Source of the DNA: Phyllobates terribilis
Lineage: Eukaryota
DNA length: 64,000 nt
Direction of reading: 5' to 3'
Assembly (NCBI RefSeq): GCF_046119375.1
Contig: NW_027362769.1
Location: forward strand, 360,592,001-360,656,000
Numbering within the stretch: position 1 is the stretch's first letter; each line of letters opens with the position of its first letter. The notes under the pieces were generated by a model. That model saw only the letters and a list, made by a program, of their open reading frames with translations, had not been told where the DNA came from and did not search any database. The translations under genes and the position numbers were made by a program. Below, piece after piece: positions 43,370 to 55,769 of the stretch.

Positions 43370-44615
43370 TGACTCGCCTCGCCCTCCCTGGCGGTGGGGT
43401 TACTCGGAGCCGGGTCAGTGTACATGTTGCGGTGATGCAGTCGTGGCCTGGACCCGTTCCGTGCCCAGGGCTGTCACATTAAAATAATGTGCTTTGGGAT
43501 GAGTGGTTGTTCGGCTATGCCACCTGTGGTTTCTGGTGAAGGCCACCAGCGCTGCAACATTCCACTGAGGCTGGTGTTAGGGGCAGCTAGGATGGGACGG
43601 CTCCCCACAGGCGGAGCAGGCCTCAGGGCAGTGTGCGAAGGAATGGTGGGTGCAATGCTGCGCAGGAATAAACAAGCGGAGGCGGTGAATGAAGTCATCC
43701 GGGTCTTTACTCACTTTAGATGAACTTTCAGCCGCAATGCTTCTCTCTGCTACTCACGGCGTACTGCGGCCACCGGGAAGGGGATCCAGCACTTCCCAGG
43801 TAGATCAGTAGCACCTGTACAGACCCCGCTGGTGTGTGTTCCTCTCCTTGGTAAGCTCTCCTACTGAAACTTCTCCTGACTGTGCGTGGAATGAACGTGG
43901 TGTAAGGCCGGGTCCCACTGGGTAAACGCAGTTTAAGAGATACAGGTGGCGACTCCGCTCCGTCCGTATCACCCTGGGATCCACTAAGCCTCCAGGCTTC
44001 TCTGACTGAGACGTGAAGTGACAAAGTCAGATATCGGGGGCAGGTTACCCCTTTTGCAGCAGGAATCCCTCTGACTAGGCCAGAGTAAAGAATACAGGTG
44101 GCGACTCCGCTCCGTCTGTATCCCCCTGGGATCCTTTTGCCTGTGGAGCCTATCTCCTCTGCTCCCCTCCTAGGCCTTCTTAGGACAGGACCCTGACCGG
44201 TTAGAGACAGTGGTTAACTCTGACTCGCTCCTCGTCTCAAGGCCAGAGTACGAGGACCGCGAATCTTCAGCCAGCTACAGACTCTTGCTGTACCCTGACA
44301 GAAGACCCTCAATCAAAGACCTCGAACTTAAGATGGCCGTGGATTATATATCAATCAATAAGTTCTTCCTTAAAGTGTGTCCTCCACCCTCACCCATTAC
44401 TAGGTTCCCCCTATCTTTAGTTCCCCCCTATCTCCTCTATCATGTGCCGGGGCAGCACCCTGGTGCATTTAGGCCCCCTACAGGACAGAAGTGATGTAGT
44501 GTTGAGTGTGAAGTGGGGTCTCGTGTGATGCTCCATCCTTACCTAGAGGAGGAGATACCACACCTCATCTGAGGTGCAGTACCCCTGTGGCGATTGAACC
44601 CTCAGGGGCGCCACA
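43370..44615 (-). repeat. 3' LTR of element C
   Basis: TGTGGCGCC...GGCGAGTCA on the minus strand, preceded by GGGGGGGAA. Confidence 0.9.
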
Positions 44616-45148
44616 TTCCCCCCCGGTGAAACTCAGCACGTCCGCGGGCTGCAATAGAGTAAAGAATTGGTACATACATTCAAAATTTTAAAAGTTTTTG
44701 TAAACATGAAACAATCTTCCCTTTATGGGAGGCTCAGTTACTTTAACGTTGCATGATATATATAGTATAAATATAGAAAACATCAAAGAGACATTATGCA
44801 TGTAGACAGTACTGTAGAAAATACGGTAGAAAAAGTCAGTTCAGCAGCATGAGGGACCTGCCCCAAACCATCAGCGTAGGCCCTGGGGTGGCTGCAGGGT
44901 ATGGAAATCCCAAGTTGGAACTTCAGTAGAGCCACACCAGACAGGTTTTGCTTCTGAGGTCTGAGGTAGAAGTGGTTTTACATAAAACCAATAGGGAGCA
45001 CCTAAATAGGTGCAAACTATTTACAAAGTTAGTCTTTCACATGCGGAGCGTCCGCAGGGACAAATGTCTCTTTCAACTAAATCCGGGTGAAAAACTTGAA
45101 AAACAAATAACAGTTCACACAATAGGGAGATCCATCTCCCGGGGCTGC

Positions 45149-45458
45149 TTAAAAGTGGGATCCCCTCCGGGGGAATGGCTCTTTCTTACCAACGGAGCCT
45201 GACCGGTCCTCTACAGCTAGGTGCGTGGGGGCGTCCTCCCTGATTACCTTGTGGACGTCCAGGGCATACCACCCACGCTCCCCGTGGTGGCGGGAGTAGT
45301 ATATCAAATTGCCCGGGTAGAGGTTCCGGCCAGGGTGGCCCTGCTCCAGCCGCGGCTCGACGTCCCGCCGGTTGACGAACACGTCCCGATTGAACTGTGA
45401 GCTGCGGATGAAGCCCCATCCTGCTACCTGGTGGAAGCACATATTAACGCCTTCCCGG
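45149..45458 (-). pseudogene. Cold-shock-domain half of the element C ORF
   Basis: EGVNMCFHQVAGWGFIRSSQFNRDVFVNRRDVEPRLEQGHPGRNLYPGNLIYYSRHHGERGWYALDVHKV aligns with the CSD of element B. Confidence 0.8.
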
Positions 45459-46591
45459 TGTGACGCCCAGCTGTGCTTGGTATCACAGATCCTAGAAGGG
45501 TGTATTGAAGGATTCCTCCACAAGAGGCCCCCATAACAATTCACACATCTCCACCTTCCACCTCAAACCACCAGAGGGAGCCCGTTAGGGATAGATAAAT
45601 AGGGAATGTGGAGCCAGGCAGCAGTTAGTCTAGACTGGACACGACAGAGAGCAAACCTGTTGAGAGAGTTCCTGCAGTATAGAAGCCTGAAAGAGGTCAG
45701 TCTGCAGTGGAGCGCAGTCCAGACTTGGTTGAAGCTCAGAGAGGTGAGCTTAGCTTAGGTGTGCCGGCGCCATAAGATCGGTGAAGCACGTCAAGCTGCC
45801 GTTAGTGTGATTAGCCTAGTGAGGGCCCGAGTAGGCCGAAGGCAAAAAGAAGAGTTAGTGCATAGGGGGCAGAGGAGCTTAACTGGCTCACCCCGAAGCA
45901 GTTACCGGACACCGGATCCGAAGCTTACCGGGATCGCCACGACCCAGTAAGATAAACCGGAATCCCTGGAGAGCTACAAGTCCCAGGATCGCTACAGTGC
46001 TGATACGTAACAATGCCAGGAGACACATAGGCCCCGTAAGTCTGGAGCGTGCACTCCAAGAGAAGGCCCTACCACAAAGTCAGTCAGCGCAGGACAGAGA
46101 CAAAGTTAGGCCTAGCTCCAGGCAGGTCAGAAACTTACTACGCAGAAGCAAGAAACAGGAGGCCCAAAACCCACTCATTGGGGAGGATTCTGACATGCAC
46201 CCTTCACCCTACAGTGCTCCGGGACGTGCCTGAATTGCCATCAGTAAAAGGTACTGAAGTGACTATCGTGTCTGTCCCCATTCTTGCTCTGACCCGGCTC
46301 GGTCTCACCTGTTCTTCATCCCCCGTCATACACTGCCCTAAGGCCTAGCTCCACCTGTGGGGAGCTATACCACCCAGCTGCCTTATCATCGGCTTCAGTG
46401 GACTGCGCAGCACTGGTGATCCTCACCAGAAGCCACAGGTGGCGTCACAAACTCTTTAATAAAACTTAACATCTATCAACGCCTTCTTTAAAGGAGAGAC
46501 CCCAGGGTACGGGCCCGGGTGCCGACCGCCGCGACATCCCCAAGGCTAAAGGCCCGGGTATCCAAGTTATCCCCATCCCCTGGGCTAGTCA
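45459..46591 (+). repeat. 5' LTR of Gypsy D
   Basis: TGTGACGCCC...GGCTAGTCA. Confidence 0.95.
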
Positions 46592-46599
46592 TCTCCTTC

Positions 46600-46618
46600 T
46601 GGCGTCACTAACAGGATT
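46600..46618 (+). other. PBS of Gypsy D (tRNA-Ser CGA-like)
   Basis: TGGCGTCACTAACAGGATT, one mismatch to my recollection of the complement of a vertebrate tRNA-Ser(CGA) 3' end (TGGCGTCACGAACAGGATT). Confidence 0.7.
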
Positions 46619-46983
46619 GCCCGTGCCCGCTGCAACGACGCCGTGTTATGCCCGTTGCCACCGGGCACTGTGCGCCTTTATTCTGAACTGTGTACGTAAA
46701 GTTGTGGTGAAGGTTGCCGCCATTGTTGGGCCACCGAGCGAGAAGAAGGGCGTAACCGCGGGAAAATTAGGGGCGTACCTGCAAAAGAGCGCGAAGCCTC
46801 GGACACGCCCCACGCTTCAACGTCAGACCAAGAGGCGCCAGGTCCTGTGAGGAACGTCGCTGAACTCTCTGACGTAGGACGCAAGCGACGCAAGGTCCTG
46901 AAGATGCCCATCACCTGCGGAGCTGCGGCCTACCGGAAGAAAGAACTAGAAGGTAGGCCAAGGTTAACTAGGGGGGCGCTAAG

Positions 46984-48038
46984 ATGTCTGACGAGCAACA
47001 GAACGCCGACATGCCGGTCAACGTCCCTGAGGTTCAACCCGCGCCCGATGATGAGCAGGCCGAAGCCGCCGCTTCACCAGCAGCGCCTGTAACACTCATT
47101 ATCCCTATGAATTTACCGTACATTCCTGGAGCAAAGTGGCTCCCCCAGTACAATGGCAAACCAGATACCCTGTCTGGATTCAAACGGAAGATATGTGGTA
47201 TCTTAGACATGTACTCTATGACCGGCAAACAAATAGCGCCGTTGTATTGGGACAACTGACCGGTGCTGCGGAACGGGAAGTGGATACGTGGTCGGCCGCA
47301 GACCAGGAGTCAGTGTCCGCAATATTCCAAAAACTACAGACTGTCTTTGAGGACCTTACTGAGGCGGACCTCCGGATGAGGTTCTACAGCTGTTCCCAAC
47401 AACCAGAGGACAATGTCCGGGACTATGCCTGGCGTCTTCAAGGGGCCCTGCGAGCTCTAAACCAGGTTAGTCCAACCAGCGTTGAGAATGAGAATAAAAT
47501 GCTGAAGGAACAGTTTGTCCGGGGACTTAGGTCTCCGGAGGAGAGCAGGACTGTGGGTTGGTGGTCCCTGGATCATCCAGATATCACCTTTGACAATCTT
47601 AAGGACATGGCTATAAAAGGACTGCAGCCCCTGGAAACAAATGCCATCCAATGTTGCCAGGGTGGGGCAACCCCAGAGCCTGTAACACCCACCTTTTCCC
47701 CAGTGGCTGCTGAAGCTAAGGTTCCAGCAACGTCCCCTAAAGAACTGGACAGTCTGCGCTCTGAGGTGTGTCAGTTGAGCAAAACCCTGACCACCGTGCT
47801 GAGTGCTCTGCAACTGTGGACGGAGCCCGAGGAAGGAGGGAAAATCCTGCTAGCCGATAGCCTTGAGGATGTCCCCTGGATGCGGAGGAGGCCAACACCG
47901 CCCTCGCCGAGGACCAGTGACCAGCGCCGTCCACCGAGGGACCCTGCCTGCTACCGCTGCCGCAAGACCGGACACATCGCCCAGAATTGTCCTTTAAACG
48001 AGAAAACCCTGGGTCCGAGGGCCGACACCCAGGAGTAA
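46984..48038 (+). pseudogene. gag: Gag with one frameshift near 47240
   Basis: PYIPGAKWLPQY..., LKEQFVRGL, and a CCHC knuckle CYRCRKTGHIAQNC. Confidence 0.9.
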
Positions 48039-51000
48039 ACTCACCAGGCCCCTCAGACTGGTACAACAGGTTCGTCGGAGGAAGACCTTTCCTGTCCATT
48101 TTGCTGGACGGGATCCCGACGAACGCCCTGCTGGACACAGGATCTCAGGTAACCATCATGCCTGACGTCCTCTACAAGAGGTTCTGGTCCATGGACGAAC
48201 TACGTCTGCCAGCTCTAAATCTTTCAGTATATGCTTCAAATGGACTCCCCCTTAACCTACTCGGGGTTAAGAATGTGACTGTGAAGGTGGGGAGAGTGGA
48301 GCTGAAGGACCAGGGACTAATTGTAGTAGAGACTAATCCTGATGACACTAATCCGTATATGGTACTTGGCACTAACATTGTTGGTAACTGTTTGGGAGAT
48401 GTTGAGTTCTTGCTCCAACAGATCGCCGACACTGCCAGGCCGAGACAGAGGCGGGCACTGCAAAGGGAGATCCGAGTCCTGATGTATCAACAGCAAGTAA
48501 GGTTAACAGACGGTGAAATCGGTGATGTGCGGGTAACAGACCCCATACCCATTGTTATCCCTCCAATGAGTGAAATGCTCATCTGGTGTAGAGCTGCCAT
48601 AGGTCTAAGAGGACAGAGCTACCAGGCGGTAATAGAACCCCTTTGCTCTGAGCATAGACCCACGCTCTTAACCGCCAGGGGAGTGGTAGATGAACGTAAT
48701 GGGAGGGTGCCCGTCCGTCTTCTCAACTTAGGGGAAGATGAGGTCAAACTGCCACGTTATGCCACTGTTGCCAAATTACATGCTGTCAATAACAACTGCA
48801 TCCATGAGGAGGAGTCCTTAACTTCACCAGACGAAGTGGAGGATAATGACCCTGCAACCCAGGTGGAGGATTGGTGTCAACAGCTCCATGTTGGGACAGA
48901 CACTACTCCTGCCCATCAAAAACAGGGTGTACACCGGGTGGTTCAAGAATACTCGCAGGTGTTCAGTAAACATCCACTAGACTTCGGGAGGGTTAAGGGG
49001 GTTCATCATCATATCCCCACAGGCAACCATTCCCCAATCAAAGAACGTTATAGGCCTATACCCCCAGCTCACTACCAGAAGGCAAAAGAAATGCTGCATG
49101 ACATAAGGAAGGCGGGAGTAATAAGGGATAGTTGTAGTCCCTGGGCAACTCCCCTAGTATTAGTGAGGAAAAAGGACGGGAGCATGAGAATGTGTGTAGA
49201 TTACCGTCAAGTAAATCGCATTACACATAAAGATGCATACCCTTTACCACGCGTAGAGGAGTCCCTAGCTGCCTTAAAGTCTGCAAATTACTTTTCCACC
49301 TTTGACCTCACTAGTGGGTACTGGCAAGTAGCTGTGGCTGAGGAGGATAGGGAAAAGACGGTCTTCACCACTCCGATGGGACTCTGCGAGTTCAACAGTA
49401 TGCCGTTCGGACTCTGCAATGCCCCCGGAAAGTTCCAGAGATTAATGGAGTGCTGCCTGGGACACCGCAACTTCGAAACTGTGTTACTTTACCTGGACGA
49501 TGTAATTGTGTACTCCAGAACATACAAGGACCACTTGAAACACCAGGCAGAGGTATTTGAGTCACTGTCCCGGTACAGGATGAAGTTGAAGCCCTCAAAG
49601 TGCCACCTGCTCAAGAGGAAGGTACAGTACCTGGGGCACATTGTCAGTCCGGAAGGGGTAGCACCAGACCCGGAGAAAGTCACAGCCATCCAGAAGTGGC
49701 CAGAGCCGAAAAACCTCAAGGAGGTGCGTCAGTTCTTGGGACTAGTATGATACTACCGGAGGTTCGTAAAGGACTACACTAAGAAGGCAGCTCCTCTGCA
49801 AGACCTCCTGGTAGGGCAGTACCCCAAAGGCAGAAATCCCCCATTCCACTGGGGTAAGGAGCAAGCCGAGTCGTTTCAGGAGATGAAGGAGATCCTGACA
49901 GGTGATGAGATCCTAGCGTACCCTGACTACAGCCAACCGTTCCTGTTGTATACAGATGCCAGCAACGAAGGGCTGGGTGCTTTATTAAGTCAGAAGCAGA
50001 ATGGCCAAGAGAAGGTGATCGCATACGCGAGCAGGAAGCTCCGCCCGACTGAAAGAAATCAAGAGAACTATAGCAGCTTCAAGTTGGAGTTCCTGGCCTT
50101 GGTCTGGGCCATCACTGAAAGGTTCAAGCACTACCTGGCCTCCAGCAAGTTCACTACCTTTACTGAAAACAACCCCTTGACCCATCTTGAAACAGCGAAG
50201 TTGGGGGCACTGGAACAACGATGGATGGCTCGGCTGTCAAACTACCAATTTACAATTAAATACCGGGTGGGCCGCAAGAACGCCAACGCCGATGCCCTGT
50301 CTAGGATGCCTCACCAGTCAGACACAGAGGAAGAAGTGGATGACCTGGAAGAGGTAGAGCTACCTGCCTTTCATCGGAGTGGGATGATCCACGAGCAATG
50401 ACCTTCCAGGAAACAGCGTGGAAAGACGTTAAACCCCCTGCCTCACCACAGCTGGAAAGAGACCCAGGACAGCGACCCGGTTGTCAGCCGCATCAAGGAG
50501 CTGATAACCCAAGAAGGTGCCTCCCTGGAGAAGGATGCGGCTCTCCAAGCAAATCAGCTGTGGAACGAGAGAAGCCGGCTGTTTATCTACCGTGAGAAGC
50601 TGTGCCGGAGGTACGTTAATCCAAAAACCCACGAGATGGTATGGCAGATAGTGGTCCCGAAGACAGACATCCAGATGGTATTAGAAGCTTACCACGATCA
50701 GGCGGGGCACTTTGACTGGAAAAAGCTAGAGACCCTGCTGAAATGTCGATTCTACTGGGTAGGAATGCGCAGCTCCATTGAGAGGTGGTGCCGGGACTGT
50801 GGACCCTGTGGCCTAAGAAGAAAAGACTTCAGCAGCCAGAAGGCACCCCTGCAACCTATCAAGACGACTCGGCCCCTGGAGATCGTGGCCCTGGACCATG
50901 TCAAGCTCTCCTCCAGCAGGTCAGGGTACTCCTATGCTCTGACCATGGTGGATCACTACTCATGTTTCCTGGTGGTCACCCCCGTCAAAGACCTGATGGC

Positions 51001-52132
51001 AGAGACAGCAGCAAAGACGTTCCAAGCGTACTTCTGCAGACCCCACAGATATCCTGAGCAGGTGCTGACGGACCAAGGCCCGGCCTTTGAGGCTGAATTG
51101 TTCAAGGAGTTCTGCCATTTGTACTGGTGTAAAAAAATCAGAACTACACCGTACCATCCACAAACTAACGGTCTCAGCGAAAAGATGAACATCATCATCG
51201 ACCTGCTAAAGACCATACCACTTGAGGAGAGAAATCAGTGGCCAGACCTACTACCTGACTTAGTGGATCAGTATAATCATATAGCAGTCAGTTCCACCAA
51301 TTGCACTCCGGCATATCTCATGCGGGCAAGGCCAGGAAAGCTGCCGATGGATCTGGAGCTTGGTGTTGATGAGCCTGAAGCTGATATGACCACTGAAAAC
51401 TGGGACAAGACCAGACAAGAGCAGTATAGAAGGGTACAAGCTTGTGTCAAGGACAGTCTTACTCGGGTGAGAGAAAAGCAGGAAAGTCAATACAACAAGA
51501 ACGCACCCGCAGAACCTTTCATACCAGGTGAAACAGTACTAAAAAGAAAAAGACGCAACCACAAACTTGATGACCAGTGGGAAAAAGACACCTACACTGT
51601 GTTACCGTCAAGGTTTGACAATAAGAAGACATGCATAATCAGTCGAGATGGAGGAAAAAGGTCCACAGCAGTGTCCAGGGACCATCTAAAGTTGTGTCCA
51701 GAATTACTGAAACCCCAAGAAAAAGTGCCTTTCACAATTCTGGAAGAACCTGAAGAAACAGTGATCCACACTGACCTAGGAGACTTCCCAGCAGATTGGC
51801 CTCAAATAGGAAGAGCAGTAATTATTCCAGTACTCCAATTCTATGAATAGCCAGAAAACCCTCCACCGCAAGTTGAACCTGTAAGCGCTGAAGAAGAGCC
51901 AGCTCAAGAAGTATCCCCGGATGAAGGATCCCCGGAAGGAGCAGAGCAAGAGGGCCCAGCCAATGGTAGACTTGCTAGTCCAAGAGAGAGGTTAAGGCAG
52001 TTTTACAACATGGTTACACGTAGAACTGGTAGAGTAACTGAGAATACAGACACTGATATCCCACCAACCACCGCACTACGCAGATCAGCACGTAGCACGC
52101 GAGGTAAACCCCCTGCTAGGTACATTGAATAA
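47987..52132 (+). pseudogene. pol: Pol in the -1 frame; a single frame with three in-frame stops (49748, 50399, 51848)
   Basis: Protease LLDTGS, reverse transcriptase YLDD, RNase H YTDAS, integrase H-H-C-C and D-D-E, C-terminal RRSARSTRGKPPARY. Confidence 0.95.
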
Positions 52133-55100
52133 AATGGTAAAAAATTTCTGGAAGTGTAGATAGTTACCCCAGTGGTATCGTATATTAAATTGTAATGTAC
52201 TGCATAATTGTTTATTTTCATGCATGCTTATCAATTTATACTTCACCTCATTAATTCTATTACTTACATAAAGGACTTCGTGGCTGAGGACTATGTGCAG
52301 CCCAAAAACTGCTATTGTATATAATTGCACTCCCTGGAGTGCCTCTTTTAGGTGACCTCAGAAGAAAAACCTGTCTGGAGTGGCTATTTTGGAGGTCCAA
52401 CTCTGGATCTTCATGCTCTGCAGCCACCCCAGGGCCTACGTAGAGGGTTTAGGATAGATCCCTCCAAATCACCAAAGTACTCTATCCTGTGAGATGGACA
52501 TCCTGTATGGGAACCTCACCATAGGAGACTTGGAGTCTGAGGACACTCTGTATTTGCTATTGTTATGTAACGTTTAAGATTCGTGCCTCCCATAAATGGG
52601 AAGATTGTTCTTATATTGCTTATGTTTCCTATTGTTATTGTTGTTTTAAAACGTACTTCCGCCCGGGAGTACTGAGTTTAACTAGGGAGGAATGTGACGC
52701 CCAGCTGTGCTTGGTATCACAGATCCTTGAAGGGTGTATTGAAGGATTCCTCCACAAGAGGCCCCCATAACCATTCACACATCTCCACCTTCCACCTCAG
52801 ACCACCAGAGGGAGCCCGTTAGGGATAGATAAATAGGGAAGGTGGAGCCAGGCAGCAGTTAGTCTAGACTGGACACGACAGAGAGCAAACCTGTTGAGAG
52901 AGTTCCTGCAGTATAGAAGCCTGAAAGAGGTCAGTCTGCAGTGGAGCGCAGTCCAGACTCGGTTGTAGCTCAGAGAGGTGAGCTTAGCTTAGGTGTGCCG
53001 GCGCCATAAGATCAGTGAAGCACGGCAAGCTGCCGTTAGTGTGAGTAGCCTAGTGAGGGCCCGAGTAGGCCGAAGGCAAAGAGGAGAGTTAGTGCATAGG
53101 GGGCAGAGGAGCTTAACTGGCTCACCCCGAAGCAGTTACCGGACACCAGGTCCGAAGCTTACCAGGATCTCCACGACCCAGTAAGATAAACCGGAATCCC
53201 TGGAGAACTACAAGTCCCAGGATCGCTAAAGTGCTGATACGTAACAAGGCCAGGAGACACATAGGCCCCGTAAGTCGGGAGCGTGCTCTACAAGAGAAGG
53301 CCCTACCACAAAGTCAGCCAGCGCAGGACAGAGACAAAGTTAGGCCTAGCTCCAGGCAGGTCAGAAACTTACTACACAGAGGCAAGAAACAGGAAACCCA
53401 AAACCCGCTCATTGGGGAGGATCCTGACATGCACCCTTCACCCTACAGTGCTCCGGGACGTGCCTGAATTACCATCAGTAAAAGGTACTGATTGAGTATC
53501 GTGTCTGTCCCCGTTCTTGCTCTGACCCGGCTCGGTCTCGCCTGTCCTGCATCCTCCGTCATACACTGCCCTGTGGCCTAGCTCCACCTGTGGGGAGCTA
53601 TACCACCCAGCTGCCTTATCATCGGCTTCAGTGGACTGCGCAGCGCTGGTGATCCTCACCAGAAGCCACAGGTGGCGTCACAAACTCTTTAATAAAACTT
53701 AACATCTATCAATGCCTTCTTTAACCCCTTAAGAACATCTGACGTACTAATACGCGTCTGTGCCCTGGGACTTAAGAGCCAGACCCGTATTAGTACGTCA
53801 TGGCGATCGCGCGCGCACACAGGCTGTGCGGGCGCGATCGCCGCCGGGTGTCAGCTGATTGTCATAGCTGACACCCGGTACTATGTGCAGGGAGCGGTCA
53901 CGCACCGCTCCCAGCACATTAACCCCCGCGATGCTGCGATCGAAGTCGATCGAAGTCGATCGCGGCATTGCGGGGGCAAGGGGAGGTGATCGCCGATACT
54001 CACCTCCTCTTCCGGCTTCCAGCGCAGTCTGCAAAGGCTTCCCGGGTGTTGCCATGACGACCCGATGTCGTCATGACAACATCCGGGTCACCAGAGAGCA
54101 GGAAGATTGCTTGGACATGCGCAGTGCATCTCCAAGCAATCTTCACACTGTGCACTTCTGACAGCCTTCATGGCATAGGGATGGTGCTCCATTCCTGTGC
54201 CATGCAGGCGATCAGAAAAAAAAAAGTGAAAGTCCCAGAGTGGGACAAAGTAATAAAGTGTATAAACTGTGTGAAAGTGGAAAAAAAAAAAAAAAAAATG
54301 TGCAAAAATATTATAAAAAAATAAAAAAAATAATACACCAAAAATAAAAATATAATGTACCCATCAATAAATATTATTATAAAAAAAATAAAAAAAAAAC
54401 AATAAAAGTACACATATTTGGTATCGCCGCGTCCGGAACAACCTGACCTATAAAACTGTCCCACTAGTTAACCCCTTCAGTGAACACGGTAAAAAAAAAA
54501 AAAAAAAAACCAAGCAAAAAACAATGCTTTATCACCATACCGCCAAACAAAAAGTGGAATAACACGCGATCAAAAAGACGCATATAAATAAAAATGATAC
54601 CGCTGAAAACGTCATCTCGTCCCGCAAAAAACAAGCCACCATATAGCTCCATCAGCCGAAAAATAAAAAAGTTATAGCTCTCAGAATAAAGCGATACTAA
54701 AAAATATTTTTTTCTATAAAATAGCTTTTATTGTGTATAAGCGCCAAAACATAGAAAAATTATACAAATGTGGTACCGCTGTAAACGTACTGACCCGAAG
54801 AGTAAAGCTGCCTCATCAATTTTACCACACGCGGAACAGAATAAAAAAAAAAAAAAAAAAACAATTCCTGAATTGTTGGTTTTTGTTTATTCTGCCTCCC
54901 AAAAATCGGAATAGAAAGCGATCAAAAAATGTCACGTGCCTGAAAATGGCACCAATAACAACGTCAAGTCATCCCGCAAAAAACGAGCCGTCACATGACT
55001 GTCTGCCAAAATTTGGAAAAATTATAGCTCTCAAAATATGGCGATGCAAAAACTAGATTTTACAAAAAATGCGTCTTTTAGTGTGTGACAGCTGTCAGTC

Positions 55101-55214
55101 ATAAAAACCCCATATGATTCTGGCATTGCTGTAATCACACCGACCCGAAGAATAAAGTCGTCTAATCACTTATACCGCACAAGGAACGGCGTCAAAAATA
55201 AACTCTTGAGTTAG

Positions 55215-55345
55215 GATTGGGCTAGGGTTAGGGCTGGGTTTGGGGCTAGGGTTGTGCTGGGGCTAGGGTTGTGCTGGGGCTAGGGTTGTGCTGGGGCTAG
55301 GGTTGTGCTGGGGCTAGGGTTGTGCTAGGGTTAGGGCTGGGGTTG
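55215..55345 (+). repeat. Telomere-like G-rich tandem repeat (17-bp unit GGGGCTAGGGTTGTGCT)
   Basis: About 5 copies flanked by GGGTTAGGG and GGGCTAGGG motifs. Confidence 0.85.
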
Positions 55346-55389
55346 GGATTTTTTTCAAAAGTAAGAAAAAAAGATGACGATATGGCGAC

Positions 55390-55689
55390 TAGTGTTGAGA
55401 GCAAGTGCTCGCTACTTGAGTTTGCATCGGGTGCTCTGGTATGCATTTAGTATCGTGGGTATTTGAGTGACATGCTCGAGTCTCTGCCCCATATGCTTCG
55501 CGGCCAAAAAACTTTACGGGGATTGCCTGCCATGCACGAGCGATCCCCGCATGTTTTTTTTTGGGTGTCTAATAACCGTGAAACATGCGGAGCAGGGACT
55601 CGAGCATGTCACTCGAGCACACGCTGTACATGGTGCATACCTGAGTACCCGATGCAAACTCAAGTAGCGAGCACTTGCGCTCAAGAATA
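55390..55689. mobile_element. hAT-type MITE, about 300 bp, nested in the piggyBac-like element
   Basis: About 50-bp inverted arms TTGAG(A/C)GCAAGTGCTCGCTACTTGAGTTTGCATCGGGT...; 8-bp flanks match only 5 of 8. Confidence 0.75.
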
Positions 55690-55769
55690 ATGAAAACTTA
55701 TTCAATATGATGACCTAATGTAAACAAATAATGTGCCGTACCTCTGGGTTCAAAATGTTCACTATACAC

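Noticed and set aside
38589-43487. Long ORFs of 200-522 aa (LYILYTL, CTVYRA, QYIEQ repeats)
   Set aside because: Artefacts of a 21-bp satellite unit that lacks stops in several frames.
55215-55345. Interstitial telomere from a chromosome fusion
   Set aside because: Only one or two exact TTAGGG units, embedded within a transposon.
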